From assembly GCF_964355755.1 (NCBI RefSeq), contig NC_092670.1, positions 33,096,388 through 33,160,387 on the forward strand: 64,000 bases of DNA, in the 5' to 3' direction. Below, one piece after another: positions 51,372 to 64,000 of this stretch. A program made the position numbers and the translations under genes. Below the pieces are notes generated by a model, which was not told where the DNA came from, made no database searches, and worked only from the letters and a program-made list of their open reading frames with translations. This DNA is from Antedon mediterranea. Its lineage: Eukaryota; Animalia; Echinodermata. Positions within the stretch are counted from its first letter, which is position 1. Each line of letters begins with the position of its first letter.

Positions 51372-51687
51372 GAGTGAGTGAGTGGCCGAGCGGTTAAGAC
51401 AGTGGAACCGTAATTACGTAGCCATAACATCGGCAGGGGTTCGAGGCTCACTCACTCCATGGTTCTGGTGGTAGAACGAGTCTTCTCGGATAAGGACTAT
51501 AAACTGTAGGTCCAGTGTACACATCTAGCTCGTGTGCACTTTAAAGAACCTAGTACATCTTTCGAGACGAGTAGGGGGTTACCCCGGTGTATTAGTACAT
51601 CACAGCCACTGATCACCAACTGGGCCCTCTGGGAGACCAGTCTTTGACTGAAGAGGTTACCCAGTATAAATATAAATTTCAATCAAC
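51372..51687 (+). mobile_element. tRNA-derived SINE, copy 2
   Basis: tggccgagcggttaag A-box; same body and tail as 27508-27832; inserted in an old LINE. Confidence 0.88.
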
Positions 51688-52436
51688 AAAAAACGTAATC
51701 ACTTAGAAAAACAAAGACCTGATCTTATCTCTAATCTGAACGAACGTACCAGCAAACTATATTGGTTTAAATTGAAATATTAACTATTACCCCATATATC
51801 GACTTCTATATTTTACACTTATTTTTAATCAATATACCAACATGATGGCACTAATGATATCATTGCAAATGAATTAAATTAAATATTGATAATAATCAAA
51901 ATACATACTGACAAACTAAACAATGATTTTACCGTCGAGGAACTTACAGATGCAATCAAAACTAAAAAAAAAAAAATCACACGGAATCGATAGTTTATTA
52001 ATAGATTGTTTTATTCATGCACTAAATTTTGTTATTGTATTGATTGCTAAGTTGTTTAAGTTAATTTTCCAAAATGGAAACTTTCCACAAACATGGGCAA
52101 CTAGTCTTATCGTACCAGTATTTAAAAAGGCCACCGCAAATTGCCAGAAAATTACAGAGGCAGATCTCTAATCCCGGCAAAAGAAAAAATATTTTTTTAT
52201 ATTTTAAATTGTAGACTTAACGATTCGGTTGAAGACACAGATTTCTTTTTTCAAGAACAAGCTGGATTCAGAAAAAAATTTAGAACGACGGATAATATTT
52301 TTATCTTAGATTCAATAATTAACAAATATCTTTTCAAAAAAAGACCGAATGGCCGAATTTACGTTTCTTTCATTGATCTTAAAATGTGCATTTGATTCAA
52401 ATAATCATAACTATCTTATTTATATATTAAATAATG

Positions 52437-55400
52437 TCCAAAAATAGAGCACTCAAAAGGAAAATGACTGGAAATAAATCAAAAATTAACATGGGTGAAG
52501 ATTATACTTTCAGAGTCCGTAAAATTAGAAAAGGCCTACAACCAAGGATACAACAAGCAATAAAAAACAACGACCGTTTTCGGCTCAGATATGATAAGCT
52601 GTTTATAGGCGACGAAGTATATACATTCAACGTAGAAGACAACAAAATCATAAACCTCACAAAATAGGGTTTTGGCCGTGGTCCTAATGAAGAACAATCT
52701 GAACCATCTTTGAAAGTCACTAAACACATTGATTGTATTTCTTGGAATATTAACGGTATTAATAACAAATTCGCTGATTCTGACTTTATTGAGTATGTTA
52801 ACAAATTTGACATAATTTGTTTTAGTGAAACATGGGATAAATATCGGAACGATTACAATATTAAAGGTTTTACTTGCATATCAAAATTACCAGATAAAAC
52901 AAGTCGACATAGAAGAAATAGTGGAGGCGTAATGGTATATTATAAATTAAATCTCGTCGTTGAAGAACTGCCAAGTGCATCGAATAACATTATTTGGTTA
53001 AGGATTACTCTATCCCCAACCGACACTGTTGTAATCGGTTTTTTGTATAGACCACCAAGTACATCCAGTTACGCGACAACTGACTTTTTTGACATTTTAT
53101 CTAACGAATATTTGCATTACAGCTCCCAAATATCAGACATAGTATATGTAGTTGGCGACTTTAATGGTAGAACTGGTTCGGAGGACGATTACATATCCGC
53201 TGACGAAAATGACACATGGAACAATAATCTATATCTGGAAGACAACATCCGGATTGAAAGTAGAACGAATTCTGATTGTATACTAAATTGCTACGGTAAA
53301 GATATATTAGAATTTTGCAAAGAAACTGGTATGCGAATCACAAATGGTAGAATTGATAAAGAATCATCCAGTGGTTTTACATTTATCAGTTCACAAGGTA
53401 AAAGTGTATGTGATTACCTTCTTACTAACTCAAACAACTTTAAACTAATATCTTATTTAAGAATTGATGACCGTGTTGAATCGGATCATATGCCAATTGC
53501 CTTTAGTATTCAATTCAAAGACAAAGAACACACCAAATTGATTGTCAATGAAGATGACACGTTTACCCAGAGTACGTTCAAATGGTCCAACAGTTACATT
53601 AAAGCATCCAAAGTCAGATGGGAACATGATATCATTGAAACTATTGATAATGATTTTATGAATGCTATCTCTCAAAATAAAATTGATGAGGCAGTTTCAC
53701 ATTTATGTAAAATTTTTGAATACGTATGTAAAGGAATTAAGTATACACAAACAAGTAAATCTTCAACTTCTACAAAACGAAACGAATGGTTTGATAAAGA
53801 TTGTAAGAACCTTAAAATGCAGGTTAAACAATCATTAAAGAGATTTAAAATTATGCGCACTCAACCTTTTTTAAATAATTATATTCAGATAAAAAAGCAA
53901 TATAAATCGCTATTAAAATGCAAAAAAAAATAACTTTCATAAAAGAATACGCAAACAAATTATCGATTCACTCAATACAAAGGATAGCAAAACGTTTTGG
54001 ATGAAGTTGAAGACAAAACAGAAATTATCTTGCAAACTTTCTATTAATCAATGTTATATTCATTTTAAGAACCTATTTAAAAACGATGAGGCTATTGGTA
54101 GCGATGAGTTGTCAAAAATCACAGAATGCCAACAGAATGAAGACGATAATAATTTAGACCACGACATAACGTTGGATGAAATAAAAAAAGCATTTAATTC
54201 TCAAAATAGAGGAAAAGCTCTCGGCATTGATGGAATGAATTTTGAATTTTTGCTAAACGCCCCCAACATTATTTTTGATATTTTAAAAATTCTTTTTAAC
54301 GCCATATTTTTAGTTGGAAAATTTCCCAAACAATGGGCAACAAGCTTAATCGTTCCAATTTTAAAAAATGGAGATAAAAACAAACCTGAAAATTATAGAG
54401 GTATTTCTTTAATTCCAATCCTAGGAAAAATATTTTTACATATTCTTAATTCTAGGTTAACACAATTTACAAATAGTAAAAAGTTAATTCATGAGGAACA
54501 AGCAGGCTTTCGTAAGGGATATAGAACGACAGATAATATATTCATTTTAGATACCCTCATCTCTAAATACTTAGATAAAAAGCGGGGTAGGATTTTTGTT
54601 TGTTTTGTTTGATCTTAAACGTGCCTTTGACTCTATAAATCATACACTTTTACTACATAAGTTGAAATGTATCGGTGTTTCAGGCAGAATGTTACACATA
54701 ATAAATTCCTTATACCAAAACTTATCTGCTCATGTTAAAATTGGCAACAAACTTAGTCCATCTTTTAATTGTTCGATTGGAGTACAACAAGGTTCTCCGT
54801 TGTCGTCTTTACTCTTTAATATTTACATTAATGATTTGAGTGGTATACTTAATCAGGTAAACGATTTCATTCAAATTGGAGATTGTCATATGAATCATCT
54901 TCTTTATGCAGATGACTTAGTGCTTGTTAGTGATACGGTGAAAGGTCTCCAAAAATTAATAAATAAACTTGAACTTTATTGTGATACTTGGAAACTTACT
55001 GTAAACACTACAAAATCCAAAATTATGGTTTTTAAAAATGGCCGCAATTTAAGGAACATTGAAAAATGGAAGTATAAACATATTCAATTAAAAATTGTTA
55101 ATTCGTATAATTATCTTGGTTTTATTTTTAGTTCAAATGGTGCATGGAACAAGTCAACGCAACATAATCAACAAAAAGCAAATCAAAGTTTATTCTGCTT
55201 AAAATCATTTATTTATCGTAACTTATCTTTTCTTCCAATTAATACATGGAACCATATTTTTGATGTGAAAATACTTCCTATTTTAACGTATGGAAGCGAA
55301 ATCTGGGGAATGTCAGATAGCACAAACATTATAGAAAAAACACATACTAAATTTTGTAGATATTTATTGCAAGTTGGAAAAAATGCACCAAATGCCGCTG

Positions 55401-56179
55401 TTACTTCTGAGTTAGGTAGATTACCACTTTCTTTGGATTGTTTAGTTACAGTTATAAGATTTTGGTTACATATTATTACTTTAGATCATGACAGATTCAT
55501 TTTTAAGTGTTATGAGTTTCAACTTAGAAAAGTTAACCGTAATGAGAATTGTTGGGCACAACAGGTCAAACACTTACTCTTTTCTACTGGTTTTGGTTAT
55601 ATATGGTTACAACAATATGTTAATAGTAAAGGTTTATTTTTGAGAGAATTTAAGTTGCGCTTATGTGATATTGAAAAACAAAAATGCATTCAAAAATTTA
55701 GTTTACATAATAAGTTAAGGCTCTTTTCTCTTTATAAAAAAGAAATATGTTTAAGTTATCACTTGACCAACATCATTAATTTTAAACAAAGAAGATTATT
55801 AACTAAGTTACGTTTAGGGATATTAGAGCTAGAAATTGAAAAGGGCAGATGGGAGGGTGTAGAAAGATATAAGAGAACGTGTAAATTATGTAAAAAGAAC
55901 ATTGTTGAGGATGAATATCATTTTATTTTGCAATGCACATTTTATAATGATTTAAGAAAAAGTTTTATTCCAAGATTTATTCGTGTTTTTCCTTCTATTA
56001 ATAAGCTTTGTTTATTACTTTCCAACACAAATTTTACTTATAATTTAGGAAAATACGTCTACTTTGCTTTTGAAAGAAGAAACAATTATCTTAAGTTATA
56101 GTTAATTTTTATTTGTTTGTATTAGGGCCAAAGGCCAATATACTTTGAACCAATAAATTCCTTGAAAATGGAAAGAAGA
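52437..56179 (+). mobile_element. Young 5'-truncated RTEX-like LINE: ORF1 C-terminus + almost complete ORF2 (APE endonuclease + RT + Zn motif) with two frameshifts
   Basis: SWNING, SETW, GDFNG, SDH (APE); QQGSPLS, YADD (RT); CKLC..EDEYHFILQC; ~13-bp TSD atattaaa(t/a)aatg (52424-52436 / 56180-56192). Clade assignment by motif only. Confidence 0.88.
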
Positions 56180-57551
56180 ATATTAAAAAATGCTGGTATA
56201 AATGGTAGAATGCAAATATAATTATTTCTCTCTATTTTAAGTTAATTGCACATGTTAAAGTGGGAAACAACATTAGTCAGACTTTTAAATGTTCTATTGG
56301 TATACAGAAGGGTTCACCTTTATCCAGTTTCCCTTTCAATCTTTTTATTAATGATATGAGTAAACATTTAAATTTATCCAGTGATACAGACAAAGTGCAA
56401 TTTGGCGATTTACGCATTAATCACTCTTACTTTATGCCAATGATTTAGCTCTTTTTGCCGAAACAATCAGAGGTTTACTGCGGTTTTTAAAGAAAATTTC
56501 TTTTTTTGTGACACATAGGGTCTGACCATCAACGTTACCAAAACGAAAACTGTTCTCTTTAAAAAAAGGTGGCAAACTCAGAAAGACAGAAAGTTGGTAC
56601 TACAAAGACTCTACTATAAAAATCATTAATCAATTTAAATATCTTGATGTAGTATTTAGTTCAACTGGTTTCAGGAACAAAACAATTGAAACAAACTATA
56701 CTCAAGCGACTAAAGCATTATTTTTATTAAAAACTAATATTTTAAAGCGATTTGGCGATTTTCCCAATAATATGCGGAATTTACTTTTTGATATAAAAAT
56801 TATACCTATTTTATGGAAGCAAAATATGGGGATACACATATTTTAGCACCATAGAAAGTCTCCAAAGTAGGTTCTCAAAATACATACTTGGAATTACAAA
56901 AAAATGCTCCGAATATAACCACTACAGGAGAATGCGATCGATTATCTTTGTCTGGTCACTGTTACCTAAGTTTGATTTGTTACTGGATACATATTCTGAA
57001 TGTGGATCGTAACCGTATTATTTATAATTATTACACATTATCGTTACGTCAATTAGAAAAAAATGAGCCCTGCTGGTTATCACATGTAAAACGTATTCTT
57101 GGTACTGTTGGTTTTGGTGATATGGAGATCACAGCATGTTACAGATAGTCATCTTTTAAATTAAGACTCACCGATATAAAAAGACAGAAATTTCACCAAG
57201 AAATTAAAAAAAAAATATCTAGACTACCTTATTATTGTAATTTTTAAACTAATTTTATTTTTTCAAACACCTTATCAAAACTATCAATTATAAGCATAGA
57301 AACATCCAAACAAAACTTTAAATAGAAGAAGGAAAATGGCATAATATATACCAAAAACCAACAGAACTTGCAAAATGTGTAATTTAAATTGATGTATTGA
57401 GGATGAATATCATTTTACCTTAGTTAGCCATTTTTATTCTACCATCAGAAAGAATCTATTACCTCGATTTTATTGCATTGATCCATGTCATTTTAAGCAA
57501 AATATGTTTATGATTGTTTTGAAAAAAGACAAAGTGTATTATAATTTAAGA

Positions 57552-58990
57552 CTCTCTCTCTCTCGAAGTGCCATATCATGAGACTTTGGCGATCATGTTG
57601 TGCCACAATTCTCTGTCTATTGCCATATTCAGCAACTCCACTTCTTTGGTATTCTCGCCTCTATTCTGAATCCATTCAGCTATGCTGGCCAACCAAGTGA
57701 CTCTTTTCCTCCTCCTGCTCCTTCTTCCTTCTATTTTCCCCGTTAATGCCAAGTTCTCCAGACCTCCCTTCCTCAACACATGTCCCATGAATCTCATCTG
57801 TCTAATCCTAATATCCTTCAGTAGTTTCCTGCATACTCCAGCTCTTATCAATACATCTTCATTACTAACTCTATCTGTCCATGGAATTCTCATCATTCTC
57901 CTTAGAAACCACATATCACAGCTTTCCAATCTTTTTCTGAGGTCAGTTGTGATTGACCAGGCTTCACTTCCATACATCAGCACAGGATAGATGTAGCAGT
58001 TTAATATACGCAACCTGGTTTCCATACTCATCGCACCGTTCTTCAAGATATTCTCCATTTCTCCAAATGCGGATTTCGCAAGGACTATCCTTCTCTTTAT
58101 CTCCGTTACACACCTGGCATCATCTGTTATTTTACTCCCAGGATAGTTAAAAGAGGACACCTGCTGAATTAACTGGTCTTCTGCTTGAAGGTTACACGTT
58201 GGACTCTCCTTTTTTAACACTACTAAACACGCTGTCTTAATACAATTTATAGACAGACCCATCTTTTCGCTCTCTACTACAACCACATTCAGCAACCTTT
58301 GGAAATCTTCAGCTGACTTTGCCAGTAGAACTGTGTCATCTGCATATCTGATGTTTGTAATATTTCTACCACAAATTCTCAAACCCTTCTCATTATCTAG
58401 CTCCCTCAAGATCAACTCGCTATAGTAGTTAAACAAGTCTGGTGACATTACACAGCCCTGTCTCACTCCTCTTCCAATACTTGTGTAGTCACTGCACTCC
58501 CCATCTACCCTCATGCATGCAGTTTGTTTCCAGTACAAATTTTGCAACAATCTAAGATCCTTTCCATGTAGGTCAAGCTTGCTAAGTTCTTGAAATAGCT
58601 GCTCATGCCTTACTTTGTCAAATGCCTTGGTGTAGTCTATGAAACACATGTATACATCTTTCTGAATCTCCACTGCCCTTTCAGTTATCATTCTTATCAC
58701 AAAGATGGCATTCCTGGTGCCTGAATCCTTTACAAAACCAAACTGCTCACTCCCAATCTCTGGTTTTAATCTGCTTCTTGCTCTCATAAGTAGTATCCTC
58801 AGAATGATCTTGGTGACATGACTCATGAGGCTGATTGTACGATGTTTTTCACATTCTACAGCACCTGGTTTCTTCGGAAGGGCAATAAAAATGGACTTAC
58901 TCAAGTCCTCAGGGAAGCTTCCATCCTCGTATATCTTATTGATCACTTCAGTTAACTTTTCCACTCCATACTCTTCTAATGCCTCAATTT
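57552..58990 (-). mobile_element. 5'-truncated RTE-clade LINE (open RT ORF 57576-58964)
   Basis: FIDYTKAFD, GVRQGCVMSP, RYADD, YGSEAW, G.R.R..W motifs; (GA)n tail. Confidence 0.93.
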
Positions 58991-59523
58991 AAGACTACTG
59001 TACCGTATATAATTTTCATGTATAATGTAAACAAAATAAAAAAAACTGTGATTTTACAACAAAACAATTTTTTCACATGAAATACAGTTAAAAAAGTAAT
59101 ACATTTCAGTTAAAACAGTGTTAAAAATTCAGTTAAAACATTTCTAAAATAAGGAAGTAAAATCCAGTTAAAACAGTAATAGATTTCATAACATATTGAT
59201 AAAATAATGTACTAGTAAAATTCGCTTTTCCTTATAAAATTCATTTAAAACGGTGACAAAATTCATATAAAACCGTAACAGAATTCAGTTAATTGTGATA
59301 ACATTCAGTTAAAACAGTAATACAATTCATTTAAAACTTAAAATTCAGTTGAAACAGTGCTAGAAATATAAATCCATTTGATAACATTTAAAAAATGTTC
59401 TAAGGTAGGTAAGTGATTCAGTTTGATAGGGAAAACCACTAGTTCTGATCAAAAGTGATTTGTGAACGTAATATTAATAACAGCATTCCGACATAAAACA
59501 CACTTTTATAATGGAGAAGAAAC

Positions 59524-59600
59524 CAGTGGTGGCGCCAGGATTTGCTCGACGGAGGGCGGGGGTGGGGGGGGGGGGGGAATATTCTTCGACGCCACCACTT
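59524..59600. mobile_element. ~77-bp MITE remnant with G-run
   Basis: TIRs cagtggtggcg / cgccaccact; absent from copy A (~780); degenerate TSD. Confidence 0.55.
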
Positions 59601-60795
59601 GGGAAAACGATTTTAATTATTAAGTCTAACATCATTTACATAAATAAATAGTATCCATAATCATGACAATCATTATAGAGATTCTTATTCTTCTTTTAAA
59701 ATACGAACATACTGTTTGCTTAGTCTATTATCTATTTAATATCTTTGTTGTTATATTATTACTAAAGATTTAAACATGATTGTTATTATCGTAAACATTT
59801 ATCCTGTCCACCTTAACTGAAAAATATTTTTCTACAAATAAAAACATATCGCTATTATGTATATGACTATTGAACCACGTGCGTTGATTGCTAAGATAGA
59901 AATTAAAGAAAATGAAAAAAAAAAGAAAAAGAAGAGAAATAAAAAAAGGAATGAAAGAAAACAATAAATTGAAAAAGGGAAAGCATAAAGAAAAAAAATT
60001 AAGAAAAGAAAGAAAATAATGAAAACAAAAATGACCAAAGAAAATAATGAAAGAAATAAAATAATGAAAAAAAAAAGAAAGATGAAATGATAAAAGATAT
60101 AACAAAATACAAATATGGAAGAAATGAAAATAAAATCTTGTCTCATCCAAAGTGATTTTTCTCAATATTTAGATGAGAAATTAAGCATGACAAACTTACA
60201 GAATGAGAACTTTCTTTCAATTCACCACAGCCTAATTATCTTTTTTTCTATGCTTCCATGGTATTAATCATCTTGTCTTTTTGTGCTTTGCTGTCCTCTT
60301 TTGTTTCTGTATGTTAAATCAAAAATCAATATGATTACAATTTATTTATTCTTTCTTAACTAGCCAGCCTTCACAAGTTTTTTTTATTTTATTATTTAAA
60401 TTAAAATTTGTATTTTTGCTTAAATTGAAAGAGAAAAAAAAAATAAATGTATTTATTTTTTTTAATTTTTTTTTTTTTTTCAAAATCTAATATTTTCAAG
60501 CAGTCGATTTTGGTTTTTTAAAGATCATTGTGATAATATCCAATCAACCTTTCTAACTATCATGTCAGGAATGAAAGCAGACATTTGATCATTGGATGTC
60601 AAAATCAGATAATCGTCTAAAAACAGTGTACTTAAATTACATTGAAACCTAAAATTATATTATACAGTTGTAATTATTCAAATAATTCAAACTAACAAAC
60701 TACGTGAAACTGACTCTCCTAGAAATTGTCAGGTAAAACGTTCCAAAAATATATTAGTACAAAAATACAATAGATCTGAAAACTCACCTCTTGAG

Positions 60796-60911
60796 TTAAA
60801 GATCTTGCAGGTTCTTTGATGGATCATCGTGGATCACAAATTTCATCTTAGTGAATCTGCTTGTAACAGTTGATATCTGACATTTGGATTCCTTTTGTAT
60901 ATATGTCTTGG
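60796..60911 (-). CDS. C-type lectin/HYR gene copy B, probable last coding exon
   Basis: AG acceptor, in-phase reading SKTYIQKESKCQISTVTSRFTKMKFVIHDDPSKNLQDL* with TAA conserved in copy A; GTGAGT donor shortly after the stop in both copies. Confidence 0.55.
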
Positions 60912-61324
60912 CTACCGTTAATAAAATAAAATGCTAGGCGTGAGTAAACGTTATCTTATGTTTATTTTTATCGAGTAATGAAGATTATTTTGATGTCAGT
61001 CTTTAGCTGTTAGGCTTTAGATCTATCAATATGATTTATACATACAAATATAATGTTCATTCATTTCTAAACCATGGTTTGTCATTTAAAAACAATGTTT
61101 AGTCTTCGATGATAAAAAAGTACTATAGTTTTTCTTCTATAAAAGATGGCTTTTTATTAATAAACCATCATTGCCTTTCAAGGGAGACAAACTATGGTTT
61201 GTAAAAGCATACAAGGGTTTGTTTGAAGTGTGTCGGTTGGCGCTCGTAGTAGACCTAACTTTAACTACACAAGCTTATATTTTTACAGGCATACACTACA
61301 CTTTTATACTTCTATGTTACTAAC

Positions 61325-61579
61325 ATTTAACTGCTATTGTAAAATTACAGCTCCCTGTGTTGTTATACGCATCCGCAACATTGAACACAAACAGATGACT
61401 TCCAATCGCAAGAACAGAAGGAAATACATCTACTGGATTCGGTGAGATTTTCAATGGTTCTTTGAAGTTGTCAGTTGCAATAATATCGGCTGAATAGTCA
61501 ATGGTGGCCGTGGGTTTATTAAAATCAGTTAATACTATCACATTGTTAGACGGACAAGTCAAAACAGGAGGTATGATAT
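61325..61579 (-). CDS. C-type lectin/HYR gene copy B, HYR-domain exon
   Basis: 255-nt AG/GT phase-1 exon: IIPPVLTCPSNNVIV..ATIDYS..ATDN...GSHLFVFNVADAYNNTGSCNFTIAV, matching the HYR pattern (PP..TCP..ATDN..D..NN..C.F.I.V). Confidence 0.85.
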
Positions 61580-61724
61580 CTATGGAAAATGAGTAAAATT
61601 GATCAATCTATATTTATTTTCTTGTAAATAAACGGAGACATCATATGATGTCTCCGTGACGATAGATATTTTTTGTAAAACTACAGCTCCCTTATTAACA
61701 CAAACATATGTCTTACATACTTAC

Positions 61725-61847
61725 ACATTTCACATATAGCTACATAACGATTTTCACAGTTGTAATCACCCCAACGTTTTGTCTTTCGAAACCAAGCCAC
61801 GCAATCTTCGTTATTGCCCCAATTGTTTGGTTCATTGGATTTCCAAT
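61725..61847 (-). CDS. C-type lectin/HYR gene copy B, exon encoding C-terminal half of the CTLD (EPN...WGD)
   Basis: Absent from the ORF track; hand-translated 123-nt AG/GT exon, phase-compatible with neighbours: (N)WKSNEPNNWGNNEDCVAWFRKTKRWGDYNCENRYVAICEM. Confidence 0.9.
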
Positions 61848-62178
61848 CTAAATGATCAATAACTATAATAAAACAAACTCACCAACAGCGTCATCGTCGC
61901 CGTCTCCAACGTCTTCGTCGTCATCGTAATCGTCATCGTCATCATCATCATCACCGTCACCGTCACCGTCACCGTCATCGTCATCGTCATCGTCATCGCA
62001 AACTACGAGTGAAGTATGACGTCATAACACTGAACAAGTTTACCAAATTCACCATCAACATCATCGTTATGTATTGCCGTGCTTAAAATACAACGAGGCG
62101 CATTTGGACTAGGACTGTTGTGACAGTAACTCCATTACGCGAATATAATATGTACAAGATATAAAAACATAGGCCTAC

Positions 62179-62442
62179 TTGTATAGTTCGATTTTCTTCC
62201 TGACAACCACTCAAAATGTCCTTCTCTTTTTAAATCATTGTATCCAATCCAAGCTTTGTTTAGTGAATTTCGGATAATCAATTGGTTAAGTATCCACAAG
62301 TCTTCGCTTTTACTTGAAATTTCAACCAAATTCCCACTAATATTATAGCATACATCTTTCCCGGAATTCCACGTATCAGGTTCATCGGTGAGATGGTAGC
62401 ATTTAAAAAAATGAGAGCTATAGTGCCATCCAGGTGGACATC
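62179..62442 (-). CDS. C-type lectin/HYR gene copy B, exon encoding N-terminal half of the CTLD
   Basis: AG/GT-bounded 264-nt phase-1 exon: GCPPGWHY..KCY..TWNSGKDVC...GNLVEI...AWIGYNDLKREGHFEWLSG..NYT, a classic CTLD pattern (WIG motif). Upstream exon(s) and start codon not identified. Confidence 0.9.
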
Positions 62443-64000
62443 CTACACACAAAATGTATACATACTATGTGTATTGCGAACAAATACATTTGCCTACAGT
62501 CTACTGTAGGCCTAATTTAATTCAATAAAAAATCGTATTATTAGGCGGATTAATAAGAATAAGATATTAATAGAAGGTAAGCTCGCTTCCGGCACTCATC
62601 CTCTAATAAATGCGGTAGACCTAATTGGTATTTTCAATACTTTATTTTGTTTCTTTTTTTCTTTCGATTTCTAACTTATTAATTTGATATACTAATTTTA
62701 CAATATAATCCGATGATTTATGAATATATTTGATTTGAATTTTATTATTATAAATTGTTTTTGCTAAAATGTCCCAGACTTCGTACAGTTGCGTTCCCTT
62801 TAAAATATACAAATTCGCACCCAGTTTTAATCCTACGTACAGTTATGTATACCTAACAGTTATTTCAACAACAAAATAGATGTTGTCCATTCCTATATTA
62901 GATGTCCATATAACCATTCCTATATTAGATGCCCATGTACTTAATAACCATAAAATACTTGTTAATTGTATTTGTCCCAAAAGCACCAAACGATAGAAAG
63001 CTAACTAGTAGGTAGGCCTGCCTAAACAGACAAAAACATGGATTACATGTCGACATCAATCGTCATTGTAGTAGACCGAATTGCCAGGTAATTAAAACAA
63101 CGTCACATAGAGCCTTCTATTTTACTGACTGCCACCGAAGAGGCAGCTAGCGTCAAGTTATATTAAATCATACATATACACGTGTTCCTTATCACTACAA
63201 TTAGCATGCAAATTTAATATGTTTATTGGTCTTGGTTAACATGTTTTGAATCACAGAGCCATGAGTTTAAGTCATGGTTCTGTAACAACATCAGAATTTA
63301 TCTTACGACTAGTTAAGAGGCATTGTCTGTAAGAATCAAAGAAATATCCAAAATGGAAAAAAAAAATTGATTTCTTTAAAATTGTGCACATGGTTGTATA
63401 TGTGTTGAGAAAAATCAAATATGAAGTATTTTTTATTTCACACATATAATCCCATGGCAACGGGCAAATTTGTGTTTTTGACAAATTTTGTCATTTTTTA
63501 AAGTTTTTTAAAATAGATATTGGTAGTATTTGATGAACGATATTTTTGTTTTGTTGATTTAATTATAAAAAATAATTACTGTATGTATAGTAACAATGCA
63601 TTGTCTACCTGTTTTATATTTCTTTTTTAATATTTTTGATTTTATACTTTGGGAGATTTATTTAAAAAGGGGTGTTTTTCAGTTTTTTTAAAATATTAAA
63701 AACAACTAAACTTTACTTCACCATAACGCCCAAAATGGGGTATTTTTTTAAGCCGATTTATTACAAATAGGTAGTTGTAATGTATAATAAGTGATTTATA
63801 AAATAAAATACTGGGGTAATTTAAAAATCAACAAGCAGTGTTGCCAGGAACATAGGTATTTAAAAAAAAAACATTATACCGGTATATTAGAAAACAAATT
63901 TATTTTTCTTTGATTATCTGATTTTAAACCCATGGTCAGAACAATTCTTAATGTTTTATATAATGTTAGTTGGGTTGTGAGAAAAAAAAAACAATATTTT

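Larger units (their letters stand above)
50690..57540 (+). mobile_element. Old degenerate RTEX-like LINE (pieces ~50690-52436 and 56180-57540)
   Basis: LEFCRETGLKITNGR, PENYRG, EQAGFRK..RTTDNIFIL, EDEYHF motifs parallel to the younger nested element; many stops and frameshifts. Confidence 0.82.

Noticed and set aside
62780-64000. Candidate signal-peptide or first exon of the lectin gene
   Set aside because: No open, splice-compatible hydrophobic exon conserved in both paralogs could be identified by eye.

Overview
AT-rich metazoan genomic DNA (inferred marine invertebrate, plausibly an echinoderm; not provable from the sequence) with no prokaryotic features. The host content is a tandemly duplicated minus-strand gene encoding a C-type lectin domain plus a HYR domain. 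Copy B (~59.0-63.3 kb) is compact with intact splice sites. Copy A (~0.5-27.9 kb) has a broken acceptor and is inflated by ~23 kb of nested insertions. Most of the rest is layered mobile DNA: (1) a (TA)n-anchored nest of Penelope-like elements (PLEs) from three families, each with a minimal hammerhead ribozyme, next to two ~365-bp tandem/fold-back monomer families that carry an internal tRNA-like cloverleaf instead; (2) a 13-kb fold-back element with ~2.2-kb arms and a target-site duplication (TSD); (3) several CA..TG P-superfamily elements with 7-bp TSDs, including a THAP/P-transposase remnant and two 29-30-bp palindromes that look like P excision footprints; (4) Helitrons, Kolobok-like and Mutator-like MITEs, a Gypsy remnant with a minisatellite, RTE/RTEX/CR1/L2-type LINEs and tRNA SINEs. 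Coordinates were read by eye; family assignments come from motif recognition, not database searches.
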